A stretch of 64,000 nucleotides of DNA from NCBI GenBank assembly GCA_051362555.1, contig CM120641.1, positions 27,844,401 to 27,908,400 on the forward strand. Reading direction: 5' to 3'. The position numbers and the translations under genes are program-made. The DNA comes from Lingula anatina. Its lineage: Eukaryota > Animalia > Brachiopoda. Each line of letters starts with the position of its first letter. Within the stretch, counting starts at the first letter, position 1. Below, piece by piece: positions 41,701 through 54,960 of this stretch. Under the pieces are notes generated by a model. The model did no database searches, was not told where the DNA came from, and saw only the letters and a list, made by a program, of their open reading frames with translations.

Positions 41701-44700
41701 CAATAATGAAGACATCTATTTGATCAATGTCAAAACACTGCATCAACTGAAATGGATTTTAATATCCCTCAAACTGAACCACTGTTCTTCTTGTGTTTGG
41801 AAAGTGTGTGGTTATTAATATTTTCTGAAACTGTAAGACAAATTAATGAATTTCAAATGCAATTCAATGGTACACAGCATGACTAAAAACCAATCACAAC
41901 CTGGCTTAATTATTTTTGTAGTAATGATGAGAAAGCCTAATTTCAATCACAAAATCAAATCACAATGTCAAACAAATCCTTTGAGATAAATCATATCAGT
42001 GAAGCCAAATAAATACTTTTTACACAACAAAAAGTCCATGCAAAATTATCAATTAACCATAGTTAGACTGGAGTTAACTGCCACATACAATAAATAAGTT
42101 AGGAACAGCACATGTAATGGTATTTCCAACAAGTAAAAAAAAAGAGCTGTCTCAAAATTTCAATTACATGGGGAAAAAAAAAACTATTTCATTTTTGTAA
42201 AAATTACTGGCAGAAAAACTGAACGTAATGCACCCCAAAACCAAACTAGGCCAGCTTTGGGGCAGCAAGATTAACATCACATAGTTCATGCACTTTATTC
42301 ACCTTTAACCTAGAGAATGCAGTCTAGAAAAGAAGACACACACAACAGCTGTTACATAAGGGTTATAATAGAAGCAACAATACATTCAATAAAATAACTC
42401 AATCTTGTTAGTTTTGAAATATATGGCAAACCTACAATTTTAAAGTACGAAACAGAATGTTTTCTACACATAAAACAAGAAAGAGGCAAACAAAAAATTC
42501 ATTATTTTTATAACCAATTAGTAATGTAGTTAGTATGCCATTAAAAAAAACTTGTACCAGTTAAAAGTGATCACATAACTACATAATTTTGAGTGCTGAA
42601 AAAGATAAATGAACAAACGAAAAAGTTGACAAAAGAAAAAGAACCAAATGTTTGTTAAAATGTGTCAGTTGCTAAGGGATAAATATTAAAGTTTCTGCTG
42701 AAAAAAAGAAAAAAGTTGAGTGAATACATACAGTGTGACATAAGATTTAAAATAAGAACAGTTTCAAACATAACGAGATAACTAAAATATAAAAGATAAA
42801 ATTGCAAGAAAATAAGATAAGAACTAATTTTAAAGAGAGATGGTGAAAGTAATGATAAATAATAGAACTTATTCTATGAAATTTAAAGATAGAGAAATGT
42901 ATATGCACCCTTTAGCTTACAGTTAAGATTCATGACATTTGCAAACTAACTTGAAACTCAAGCAGTCAACAAATATCACAACCTCTGGTATCATAAACTA
43001 TGTTGTGTTACACCTTGAAGGTTAACTCTTTACAACAAAGGTTTTATAAAATATGTCTTTTGGTCTCAAATGTTGCACAAAATAATAAAACACCAGAAAT
43101 TGCACATATGAAATCAATAACTGTAAAATGATTATTGGATTTGGCAAGAGATCAAATAAATTGTTTTTAAAGTTTGTATTCACAAACAGTTGAGACAAAA
43201 GAAACACGAAAAAAAATCTTTGTTTTAAAGAGTTAGCATACATTATGTTCAGCAATCTGTTTCTTGAGTCCCTCAACACTAGATGCCACCACTGGCGATG
43301 TGGTCAACTTCTGCTGCGCCTCTGTAATCAGCAGCGTCAGGCGGCTAATTTCTGCCTCGTATTTCTCTTGCTGAGCAATGGCTGATACCAGCTTCTCATA
43401 CTGATCCTTGGCTTCATTCTGCAGTCTGGCTATCTCTGTGCTGAGCTGTGCGCCACGTGTTGGCGAGAAGTCGCCAGCCATACAGCGGAGCTCCTCATGG
43501 CGAGCTAGAATAGTGTTTGCTTTGCTGCCATGTTTTTTAATGTCTGACAACAGTCGCTGTAAAAAACAAAGGTTATGAATGAAAAGAGATTATCTACCCT
43601 CGCTATCAAACAATTTTTTTTTCAAGTACAAAAAAACATGCCTGACAAAAAACACAATGAAATACAAAAATATCACCAAAAGGATAAGAATGAAAACTGA
43701 TTCTTTATCCAGGAACATTTCATCCTAATACAAAAATATCAATATTTAAATCTGCTCTCAGCAGTGTTCACATAACAAATCTGTAATTGACCAACCTCCT
43801 GTGCTGCAAGCTGCTCCTTCAAGGACAGAGTGGTGTCTTTCAAATGCATGCTGTGTTTGGTTTCTTCCATCCACTTCCCAATGTCCGCCATTTCCTTCTC
43901 ATATTGCTCCCATTCCCCAACAGTCTCTTCCAAGATGGCAGTCCTCTCACTGACCTGAGTCTTCACGGTGAACCACTGATCCTGGAGGTCCGACAGCTTG
44001 TTGGACACTGACCTGGCATTGCAAATGTCCGAAAGCTGCCTTACCGTAGAGCTCATGGCTTCCAATTTAGAGTCAATTTCTGGGGCATTTTCAAGTAAAG
44101 CCTGTCAAACAGAAGAAAAGTTAATCTTTCATGTGGATATAAAGTTTACGAATTGTATGAAAAATGATTTGGTTTATTACTCTAAGACTTGGTCTCAGCT
44201 ATATTGTGGCGACTGTTAAGAATATTAAGAAACATCATTTCATTACTTGTTTCTATGGTGTTAATTATACCATTATCTTTTACATGTACAGCCTCTTTGT
44301 ATAAGTATAGGCAAACTGATATTACATTTCAAATAAACTAAGTTTGATCCACCCTGCTTACCTACGTTAATACTTCAGATCATAAACACATTAAGTCATG
44401 TACTATTCTTTTCTGATAATTAAATCATGTACAAAATCAACGCATGTGTAATTTTGAACTGGACATACCCTATGCTCTTGTAGCTGCTGTTTCACACGCT
44501 CAAGACTAGCCCAAGCCAACTCGGTACAGACCACTGTCTCTGTCCTAGTCAGCTGACTACTAACAACAATATGGCTGGACTCAAAACTATCCCACAAATC
44601 TAAGGCTTCCTGTAAGTGTTCTGTTCTCTCGGCTGCTTTCTGTAGTAGCCTGGCCCAGCGATCATTGACAGAATTAACAGTTTTTGTTATGGAACTTCTT

Positions 44701-47672
44701 TCTTTGGGATCATCTGTGAGATTTATAACCTCACTGGCTTTGGATTCTAATTGTTCTGGTTGAGTCTTGAAAAGCTCTAACTCCACACAAAGTTGCTGAA
44801 ATTGCAATTATAGAAGCATGCATAGGTGAAGATGCTGTATCTTCCTACCACTTCAAAACAATACACACGTTGTAAAATTACTTGTATTTATCTAAAAAAT
44901 ATTCACTGATCTTTTCTTGCAATCCTACCACCTCTAAATATCTTGTTATATCCAAAATACTGCAATGTTCCCAAACAAGAAAAATTCTCTTCCAACAAAA
45001 TAACATCTATGATAAAACATTTTATGGGATAAAGAACTCATTTCATCACATTCAGACTAAGAAAAAAAACCTGACATTTCAAACACAATACCTTCATCTT
45101 TAAGTAAGGAATGTGGACAGATTATTGAGAGAATGAAAAAAAAAAGAAAACTGAATGCACCCCAGTGCTCACCTTCATGTCCTATATGAGGGAAAGTATC
45201 AATGTAGATACTGTATTTACAAAATATCACACAATCAGATTACATGCGTTTCCATTCAGTGACTTTCGTGTTTCTAGCTAACTGAATACAAGCAAGGCTA
45301 CAAACAAACCGTTCCAAAATAATAACCCAATACTAAAAGCCAGCCATAAAATTTAATGTTAAAACCTTCTGCAAATCACCGTACTTCAAATATATTTCAT
45401 AAGACATATATATTCCTCATATTAATATTTTCTATTGTCAATGGAAGTCCTACCTGATGCTTCTGATTTGTTTCTTCCAAGTCTCCATCTTTGTCTTGAA
45501 CTTTTTCCTCCGCATTGGTCAACCAGGTATTGACTGTCTTGACCATGTCATGGTATTCAATCTGAACAAAATACAAATAATAAAGTTTTAAAATAAGTAT
45601 AATTAGTAATCAAAATTATTTATTACTTCATCATATTATTTTATCAAAAGTAATGCCACATTTAATGTATTTCTGGCCTTAAAATAATGTTGTCATTACT
45701 ATACATCAGTGATCAAGACAGTGGATAATGGTTGAAAGCTCTGAAAAAACCTTTTTACAAATTTCAGTTTTCACCAACACTTATAATAATTTGAAATATG
45801 TTTATTGTAGTTTTGTGATAAGTGTCAAAGACTCATACATTTTCAGTTTCCAAGATCCAAGACATAAGTACCAAAAAGGACCACAACTACTCCTACTCAA
45901 AATTTTTACACATATTAAACCATACCAAATTCAGGGAAAAAACTTCAATCAAAAGTTTGTGCTGTTTTATACTGATGTTACCTTGCTTTGTTTGGCATGA
46001 TCCAACTGCTTCTCACTCTCCTTCAGCTGTTTCACTGTGGCTTCCTCAGCCTGTTTGTACACCTCTATCTCCGTGATCAGCTCTGGGGGCAGGTCACGTG
46101 ACAGGGCACGGTACTTCTCACGTTGTTTATGCACAAGAGTCTTGAGGTGCTCGGTTTTCAGGATAACTTCTCTTTGCAAGGCCTAAAGAAGAGAAAAAGA
46201 GTCCGGAATTGCCTTTGTTTCTTTCAATAAGACTGTTGCAACACTGATGTAGTTTTTAAATAAGCACAAAAATAAATAAATAAACAAATATTTGAAATAA
46301 AATCCTGCGTTTATGCCATAACAAGACACAATTAAACAGTCTGCAAAAATTTCATTATTCATTCCTGAATGCTTTATCTATATCCTACAATTCTTTTTCA
46401 ACCTGGAGGTGACCTACCTTATATTTTTCAGTTCTAGTATGTAAATCTCCCTGAGTGAGAGACTGAGATCTTGCTTGGGCCTCTTGCAACCACTGAAGAG
46501 TTAAATGAAGCTCCTGAAGGAATGTATCTCTAGTCTGGACTTCACCAAGGGCCGTCTGCTGGATGTCAGTAGCTTCTTTGTGAAGTCTAAAAGGAAAATC
46601 ATGCCATCACATTGATTTTTGCCATACATAAAAATTTTTAATTACCATTTTTTTCTTGTATACTCAGAATTTATCTGAAACTTTGGAAAGGAATAGGTCC
46701 GCTTTGAATCAAAATTTAATTTAGGAATCAAAATTTAATCCAGGTTCTATGCCATTATGAGATAAAAGTACTTTTTTTCAGAAAAAAACTCATCCTTTGG
46801 CTGTACACCTAACAATGAAATAACTTTTCACAACTGTTACAACATACTTGTCATATCTGTCCTGTGCAGCCACCATCTTCCTCTGCACTGCAATTCTGGC
46901 ATCACTGCTAGGCAGTTTACTCAGTATTGCCTGGGCTGCCTTCTGCATTTTGCCTATCTCCGAGTGCTGCTTTTCTAGCTCAGTTTTAATGGTCTGAAGA
47001 AAAAGATAAAGATGTATATCTTGATAACATATGGGCCTTACAGGGATGAGGCTGCCATTTAGTGAAAAAGTCAGCAAATATGGTGTGGGGTCCAGGGAGC
47101 TGCCTAGGCCATTGATATTTTTGGCTCCCAAAAAGTTGGAAATCTGCTGATAGTTGGAATAATCTCATCCCTAGCTTTATCAAAATATTGACATAACATT
47201 TTTATATTATATATTTTGAGTACTTTCTCTCAATCAGAAGAGAAAACAGGTACTGACAACATGTGCTGATACATGTTTGGGATAAGGGTATGGTGTAAGT
47301 TATTTCCATAATATCTGTTGTTATATTTTGCCATTTGGAATAAAAACAGACTGAATAAGGGATATGTTTTTACCAATTATCCACTCTTACCCACCCTGAA
47401 TTCCGTGTTGCTGGAAACTCCCCTTTTTTCAGCTAATAAGACAGGTGAGTTTACAGAAACCACTTGACATGCAGGGTGCTCTTACCTGGCAGTCAGACAT
47501 CTGGACCTGGAGCTGAGCTGTGGTGAGCTTAATGGCATCTTCCTTGGGCATCCTCTCCTCAATGGTGATTAGGAAGTGTTCAAATCTCTCATAGATTTGA
47601 TAGAAAAGGTGCCACTCTGTTACATACTCCTGTAAATTATGAATGAAAATGGTTAGAAAATATTTGGTATAA

Positions 47673-47708
<36 letters not shown>

Positions 47709-50700
47709 GTTAAACCCGTTTCTTACTGTAGATATTCAGTTGAATGTGAGATGGTAAAGAGTCTGCCTTATTTAAGCATCCCAAAGCTAAAAAAACTGTT
47801 TTTATTATATCAATATAGTTCAACAATGACAACAAATTACCCTGAGTACAATCTGTCTCTCATCTGCCTGACTGCTGACGGTTCTCCACCTTTCATTAAT
47901 ACCAGCTATCATCCTGGTAATGACCGTCTGGCTGTTCTGGTTTCCAGAGCGGGTCAACTCTCTGGCCTTCTGGTTCATCTGGTCCACTACTGCAGCACGC
48001 TTCTGGACAGCCTCAGTGAAATTCTGAACATAACAAAGTCAACATGCAAATAAACATGCCCATAATGAACACTGCCCCCTGCTGAATAAATAATGTTTCT
48101 CAAACAGCTTATTTTGGGAAGGAAGTGAGTATTGGTACTTTCAATGATCTAAAATTGGTTACAACCTTGATGATAGTATACATAAAGTAAACAAGTTCTA
48201 TTCATGACTGATACTTTTAAGTCCAATGGCTTAAATCCGAAGTTTGCGGAGTTTTTATATTCAAGAGTTTCTTATCATCAAGATTACATACCTCAATCTG
48301 GACCAACTGTTTAGCAGCTTGTTCAGAAGTGGCAGCAGCAGTGGTGTCAACATTTTCCCATTTCAGTTCCAATTCTTTCACTGTTTGGCTAGCATCTTCG
48401 AGTTGACCCTGAAGCAAAAAAAATGAATAAATAAATTAATAACAATAATAAACCAGCAATGTAAACAAAAATCCCTATTAATCCAAAAGTATGCCAAGCA
48501 TCAGTGATTAAAATATTTGACTTAAAATATTTCACTTCCTTTGAAATTACACTCATTAAAAGCAGAATTTTTGCCCCTGTTGTAACATTCATTGTTTTTA
48601 TTGTTAAAAAATTGAGAAATGTGAAGATGTTGGACAATATTATAAATTTATGTTATAGCCATGGAGACAGTATATTCAGAAAGTACCTGGAACTCATTCC
48701 AGTTTTTGAGCTCATCTTCTAACTGTTTCTGGCGTTTCGCGGCAGCTTTCAATACATCAGTGAGTTTCTGGTTGAGAGCTTCTACTGACTGCTGCAGAGT
48801 CTCTTTGTCATTGGGATCAAGTGTTGGGAAAAGACGCTCTGCTGTGTCTTGGATTCTGGACATTTCATCAGTTCGCGTATGTCCATCAGCAAAATATTCC
48901 TGGGTCACAAAAATATACACAATTTATACATTTGTATCAAACACAGCAGCACTTTTTGACTGAAATAATTCAATCATGAAAACTAATTCATGACAATATT
49001 TTTCAGGACAACAGAGATCACAAGGTAGTTTAATTTTTAGAAAAACAAACATCAAAGTAACGCAAATGTATTTAAAAAATGCGGAATTTCTTATTTCATA
49101 TGTACTCACCCTGTGTTGCTGTAGCTGGAAGGTGATGCTCTCATAATCTATCCCATCATACACAGGGACAAGCAGTTTCTCAGCATCCTGAAGCCAGATG
49201 GTCAGTGTCGTCTGCTTGTCATCAAATCTGAGGCGGTTATTCTTTGCAGCATTCAAGTAATCGGATTTACCATATAATTTGGACTGAAAATGATAAAAAA
49301 ACATTATAATTAATGTTTCAATATAAATTACTATTATTTCAACTCAAACATTGTGTAAAAGGAACTGTTGAGTGCAATAAGATTGGCAATACCAGGAAAT
49401 AATCATTATATGTAATATATGAAACATTTTGGTTATACATGTACCTGCAAAGCTGCTCTGTCATTTTCGTATTGCTCTAATCTGTCTGTCATCTCAATAG
49501 GCATAATTTCATCAAGCTCTTCAAAGTGAGCTCTCTGCTGAGCTATCTTGGTTTGTACTTCTCTTAAATGGCTGTTTATTTCATCAGCAACAACCTGAAA
49601 TGAGACATTACAAATTCATCAGATGAAAGTTCAATAATCACATCAAAATCACCTACTTCAATTCTAGTCTGACTCTTGAAGATACTGCGTTTCTTTATAA
49701 TTTAGTCTAAAACTGCAACTAAAAAGTTGAATTTCTACATACAAATTAATACAATAAAATGCTTAAAGGCCGATAGGGCTTACACATTAATAATGCACAC
49801 AAAGTTCATGAAATACCTGAAATTAGTGGACATGGCATAGGGAAACCTTGTTGAATACAGTGACCATTGTTTTAAAGATCCCTTATGTTGTTTCCTTTTA
49901 AGAAATGATCCCTTACTTGATTAAGAAATAGAAAATAATTACGAGTTACAAAACAAGTGCCATATATACCTGTTTATTTATCACATTTTTCATCATTACC
50001 TTGTGTTTCTTAATCTCAACCTCCACCTCATCAGCTTCCATACTGAGAGGTACCTGGACCACAATCTCTCTGTTCTTCGACTGCAACCACTCTAAAGTCT
50101 TATCCATTTCAGTCTCAAAGTCTCTCCTGTCTGACATGATTTTGTCCAATTCCTCCGTTTTCTTCTCAACTGCACGGAGCAATTTATCAAATTTCTGCTT
50201 GAGGCTTTGGTTTTGGTCTGCCACTGTCCTCTGGTCAGTGGTGTTGCACTCTATGGCTATCTGCTGCCCTTTGTCCATTATGGTGGCCAGCTGGAGTTCT
50301 TGCTCCTCTAGGATGGTGTGGACAGTCTAAAGTATGAAAAATATATAATTAGACAGTTTTGTATTATAATATTGAAATATACTCCCATATACTCTCAAAC
50401 AATACTATATAACTAAATGTTATATTGATTTAATTCCATTTTCTGAAATAGAATGTTTCTCAGCATAGAGAATAAGAGAGATCTGCACTATAATTACTTC
50501 ATCCTTTTTTATCCATATAGACTTTCCCACGCCAAGAAATATTCATGTTGAAACAATTGTGTAGACGAAATATAACTGCGCCAGTGTATTCATTTGTGAT
50601 ATTTTTTTCACTTACTTTGTATCTGTCAAATTTAGTTGGAGTTGGTATGCCAAGCTCACTGACTGCATCCAGTTGTTCTTGGCTCTCCTTCAAACAAGTT

Positions 50701-53700
50701 TCAAACTCTGTCTTCAGACTCTCATAATGCTGCCTGATAGTGACAGCATTTTCCAGCCTGGCGTAGGACTGTTCCACCTGCATCATGACCTGGTCAAAGG
50801 TCATCGTCAAGCGAGACAGTTCCGAGGCTTCCGTGGTTTGACCTTTGGCTGCCATACTGTCTTTTGATTGGTTGAGAGCAATGATGGTTGGCTGGTAATC
50901 ATTCAACTGGGTCTGCAGTTTCTGTAGAACAAAATACAAATATTTTATTGTTATCTAACAAGTGCTTGTCAACTTGCTTCTGCTAACAACTGTCTGAAAT
51001 ATAAAGAGGCAACAAAATACTATATCTTTCTTTTATTTTTCTCCTACATGCAATATGTCTAGAACCAAGGCTGAAGGCTCTTATTTTTAAACCACATGAT
51101 CCCTTTTTTTAAAGTCCTGGGTATACTGTATGCCTTTGAAATTCTCCAAAAAGCAAACAATCTAAGCAATGTCTACCTCACACTGGGCCAGCATCTTCTG
51201 GACCTCTACCGCTTTGATGGCCAGAGGTTTGTTCAGCCTGCGAACATCTTCCTGCAGTGAGTTCAGGATCCTGGCGCACTGGGAGATCTCATCGTCCAGC
51301 TGACCCCTGGCATATACAGTATCCTCCAGTGTCTTCACACGCTGTTTGGCCAAGTTGGATATCCTGTGGGAATAGATCAGTGTAGATGTGAACCCACTGT
51401 ATTCAAATACATTTCTATTTTTGTTGATGTCTTTACATTATGTTCAAGACATGTAGTTCCTTAGATGGAGAAATTTTAATGAACATTACTTCTCAAGTTT
51501 AATTTCCTGCAGCAGTGAATGAATATACATGTGAGAAAACCAAGTTCATATTATAAACTTATTGGAACTGAGTTGCTTTTTTTCCACTACAACTGCTTAC
51601 AGGTGCTGGTAATAACCTGCTGGTTATTACAAATAATTCCTTAGATGGAAAATTTTTAAAGAACATTACTACTCAAGTCTAAATTCTTGAAATGAATGAA
51701 TAAACATATGAGAAAATAAAGTTCACTTCATAAACTTATGGAACTGGGTTGTTATTTTTTTCTACTGCTATAATTGCCTACACCTGATGGTTCTTACCTC
51801 TGATGTCTATCCCTGAGTGTTTTAATCTGTGCTTGCAGAGTCAGCTTGTCTGCTTCGCTAAGTGACCCCAGGAAACTCTGACCTTGAGAGGTCACTTCAT
51901 CACTGAGAACTTCATATTCAGCTATCTTCTGCAACAAACTCTGTAAACGAACCAAAAAATGCATTTTATCTATCCAATAATTTCAAAATGTATTCTGATG
52001 TTCTCAATACTCTCCACTTAAAATTCTTGATCTACCAAATGCACAACAAACATGAATATGTCACTGCTTCTACATGATAAAAACCAGCAATGTTGGCTCT
52101 TTGTTTCACTTTCAATCACCCCAAAACATTAAATGTTAACATTAAAACATTAAAGAAAGTAACTTAATCTGGCAAATTTCAGACAGTGATTTCAGATGGG
52201 TGTTAGTTATTACATTAGAAATGTTGTGTCAAACCAAACCTGATATTTCTTGAGCTGTTCCTCTATCAGCTCTATTGTACAGTCCAGTCTGATCTCAGTA
52301 GTGATGGTAAGCTCTACTTCCTTTAGCCACAGTTCTAGTCTCTGAATATTGGACTCATATTTCCTCCTGACGGTTAGGCTCATCCTCAAAGTGGTGACAT
52401 GCTCAGACAGGCGTGTTTTCATTGTTTGATATCTTTCAAGTAGTTCTAGAAAAATATAATATTTCATCAAGAACATGTACAGAATACCACTATCTTTTTA
52501 AACTCCACCAATCATCAGATGATTTTAATTTGTAGAGAACATATACATATTATGTGTGTATATAATCTCTTTTAAAGAGAAATTGCTTATAAACTCATAA
52601 GATACATGTAATAATCTAAGAGTCCCTCTTTCTCATTGAAAATTTTAAGATTTTTTTTCAATATCAAAGTAGAACTGACCCTTCAACATTGTCTCCAGCT
52701 CAGAAGTCCCCTGCTCATCACAGTCAGTCTGGAGATTTCTTCCCTGGGTCACCACTTCCTCTAGTGTACCCTCCATGGAAGTAACCTCTGTCAGCAAAGT
52801 CTGTGGAAATAAATGAGATCATTTCAATATGTGTGACATTTTGAAATCTGAAATCGGAAGAGCCTCTGGGGGAAACCACGATAAAGATGGAGGAAACGGG
52901 CTAAATTGGTTATCTTGTCTTTATATTTAAAGATTGTTTATATTTATAAAATATCAGTATTATGCTAATAATACCGCAGGCAAAAATGTGAATATTATTT
53001 TGCTAACAGAAATTATTAAGCTGATTGCACACAGCAAGAAATGCCACGGAGTTGATCCACGTAGTCCAATGGTGTGTAAGGGAATGGGGACTTAGGCTCT
53101 ATTCCCATAGATTTTACATCGATCTATCCCCGCGGGGAGTCTCACTAGATTACTTTCAGATAATCCGACTTAAATGTCCGTCCCACCTACTACAAGCTGT
53201 AAGGAGGTAATTAACTTTCGTGTCCACTCAGCTGACAGCTATTTAGCGTGAACCCCCAGGGAGTTAGGTCGATCTAAAGTAGGTCGATCTAATCTATGGA
53301 AATGGGGTGTAAGTCATTTAAAGTATTTCTGGGGCAATTGTACCAACCTTGTATTTTTCATGCTGCCTCTCCACTTCCACAGCATATAGCCTTATGGTGT
53401 CAATTTTCCCAACAATCCTCTCCTTTTCCACAACCCAGATTGTTATTTTCTCATAGCTCTGGTAGAACTCCTCTCGGAGCTCCAGACTCCTAGAGAGAAG
53501 CTTCTGTTTTGTGAGGGCGTTGTTGTGAAGCTGGCTATGCTCTTTCTGAACAGACTGGATCTGTTTGTCAACTGATTCCCGCTCTGGGTGGCTGAGCTCA
53601 GAAAGCAGTGTCTCTCTTTGTCTGCTCACGGACTCCAGCACGGTGTGTTTGCTCTCTATTTCTTTGCAGATGATCTGATAAATGAATTTAAAACCATTGT

Positions 53701-54592
53701 AATTCTGAACCATGCATAAGTTTGCTTATGTGTTAAGTATAACTTGTGATGACACAAACAGTGTATACTTTTGTTAAATTTGTATTCCTCCAGTAGGAAA
53801 CTAACATGTACATTTTCAAAATATTTAGCCTGTTGAAAAAACAGGCATGTAATCTGATTTCAGATCTGAAATATATAAATATAAATATACTCAGCAATAA
53901 AATGTAAGAATCAGAGAGAGTCAGGCTTTGACAATTATTTCAGGAAAGGAAAGAATTTCAAATTATATTTTGACCTATCATATTTATATAGGAAAAACCG
54001 GCAGATTTTGACTTTTCATTTTATTAGAAAGCAATTATCTAACTTTCTTACATTATGCTCATGCAACTGCTGCTGTACATTTTGGACCCCATGTCCCAGA
54101 GATAGCCGACTCCCCACCATCTTCTTTCTCTCCTTCAGCCATGCCACGTAGCCGTCCAAGTCCTTCAACAACGTCTCTCTGCTGATGATCACCACCTCAC
54201 ACGCCTGCTTCTGATGTTTGGAACGCTGGCGTAAATCATTGTAGCGACCTTCTATATCTCTGTAAAATCAGTCATGTTTCTTATTTACTTGCATTCTCAA
54301 ATCAATGCAATGGCCTTCCTTGTCTTAAAAAGGCTTCCAGGTAATGACTTATTAATCACGCAACACATTTCAGCTTATCTTCAATATCTACACTTTAGTA
54401 CTGAGCATGAGAATTTAGTATTTTGATAACCAGAGGGTAATATTATGATTGTAGTAATAAAATTTATTAATGTACTGTTTTTTTGAACTAACAGTTAATC
54501 ATTAAACATCCTGATGATATTGATACAAATATATTTAATAATATTTAAGTATTCTCTGAGAACTGATATAAACTTTTACTACTACTCACTGT

Positions 54593-54666
<74 letters not shown>

Positions 54667-54960
54667 GTGTAACCACCAGGAGCCAAGAGTTGAAAGACCA
54701 CCCCTTATAACTATGTTTTTAAAATAACATATTACCCTGGTTCAAAAATTAAGCCTGAAAGTTTAAAGCCCATCTTTTTTTTTTTTTTTTTGAACTGGCC
54801 TTCAGACTCCCCACCAGTTGAGAGAAGATCATTTGGCTTACCTGACTTGATAGTCCACCAGGTTTCTGTCATGGGGACTGACCCGGGGGGCAATTCTTCC
54901 ACCAAGTTGTCTAAATGCTGCCACATCTTCCTCTTTACTGTCTAAGTCTGATACAAGTTT
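17840..54960 (-). CDS. SYNE1: Nesprin-1/SYNE1-like giant spectrin-repeat KASH protein, 3' part (60 exons, ~4696 aa in window; 5' part outside window or from alternative first exon)
   Basis: Exons (GT-AG, phases consistent, 14091 nt in total): 54842-54960, 54052-54259, 53348-53674, 52680-52800, 52240-52445, 51798-51940, 51177-51363, 50616-50921, 50000-50326, 49445-49594, 49110-49283, 48687-48899, 48292-48408, 47841-48023, 47486-47629, 46848-46993, 46418-46586, 45982-46182, 45454-45561, 44469-44795, 43796-44101, 43242-43556, 40654-41637, 40200-40382, 39675-39839, 39225-39407, 38847-39011, 38250-38594, 37802-37999, 37311-37598, 36802-37014, 36534-36638, 35683-35829, 35279-35449, 34514-34971, 34098-34257, 33663-33845, 32894-33370, 32371-32703, 31923-32056, 31413-31605, 30514-31146, 29910-30236, 28977-29612, 28543-28709, 28131-28293, 27694-27881, 27269-27419, 26765-27085, 26194-26394, 25571-25645, 24744-24909, 24267-24466, 23895-24009, 23314-23519, 22738-23067, 22284-22496, 21757-21879, 21109-21170, 17840-18071. 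Spectrin repeats throughout. Nesprin-specific blocks GVASVLNLCQVLLHDTDAC, IEETWRLWQKF and RCKTPTGPELE, plus the KASH terminus. Confidence 0.95.
24158..24200. repeat. (AAAT)n microsatellite
   Basis: Direct reading, intronic. Confidence 0.85.
26668..26709. repeat. (AAAT)n microsatellite
   Basis: Direct reading, intronic. Confidence 0.85.
34396..34452. repeat. (ATTAT)n microsatellite
   Basis: Direct reading, intronic. Confidence 0.85.
36268..36279 (-). CDS. Candidate 12-nt nesprin microexon (KEEP)
   Basis: Minus strand tgcatgatttccgtag|AAGGAAGAGCCA|gtaagg; phase 0-0, inside a phase-0 intron. Confidence 0.45.
42303..42323 (-). CDS. Candidate 21-nt nesprin microexon (TAFSRLK)
   Basis: Minus strand tcttcttttctag|ACTGCATTCTCTAGGTTAAAG|gtgaat; phase 0-0; TGCATG just downstream. 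Confidence 0.35.
47041..47173. mobile_element. Degenerate hAT-like MITE remnant
   Basis: cagggatgag ... ctcatcccta inverted termini, internal ggggtccaggg; TSD not convincing. Confidence 0.35.
51457..51797. repeat. Diverged tandem duplication (~180-bp period, 2 copies) in nesprin intron
   Basis: ttccttagatgga...gaacattact...ataaacttat...ggaactg recurs at 51457 and 51637. Confidence 0.8.
53091..53313. mobile_element. Degenerate MITE
   Basis: Imperfect inverted termini cttaggctctattcccatagatt..atcgatcta / taggtcgatctaatctatggaaatggggtgtaag; CpG-rich interior. Confidence 0.45.
54597..54662. repeat. (TA)n microsatellite, ~33 units
   Basis: Direct reading. Confidence 0.92.

Noticed and set aside
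22236-53493. Numerous plus-strand ORFs (e.g. 26781-27191, 41165-41614, 50001-50330)
   Set aside because: Antisense shadows of nesprin exons.
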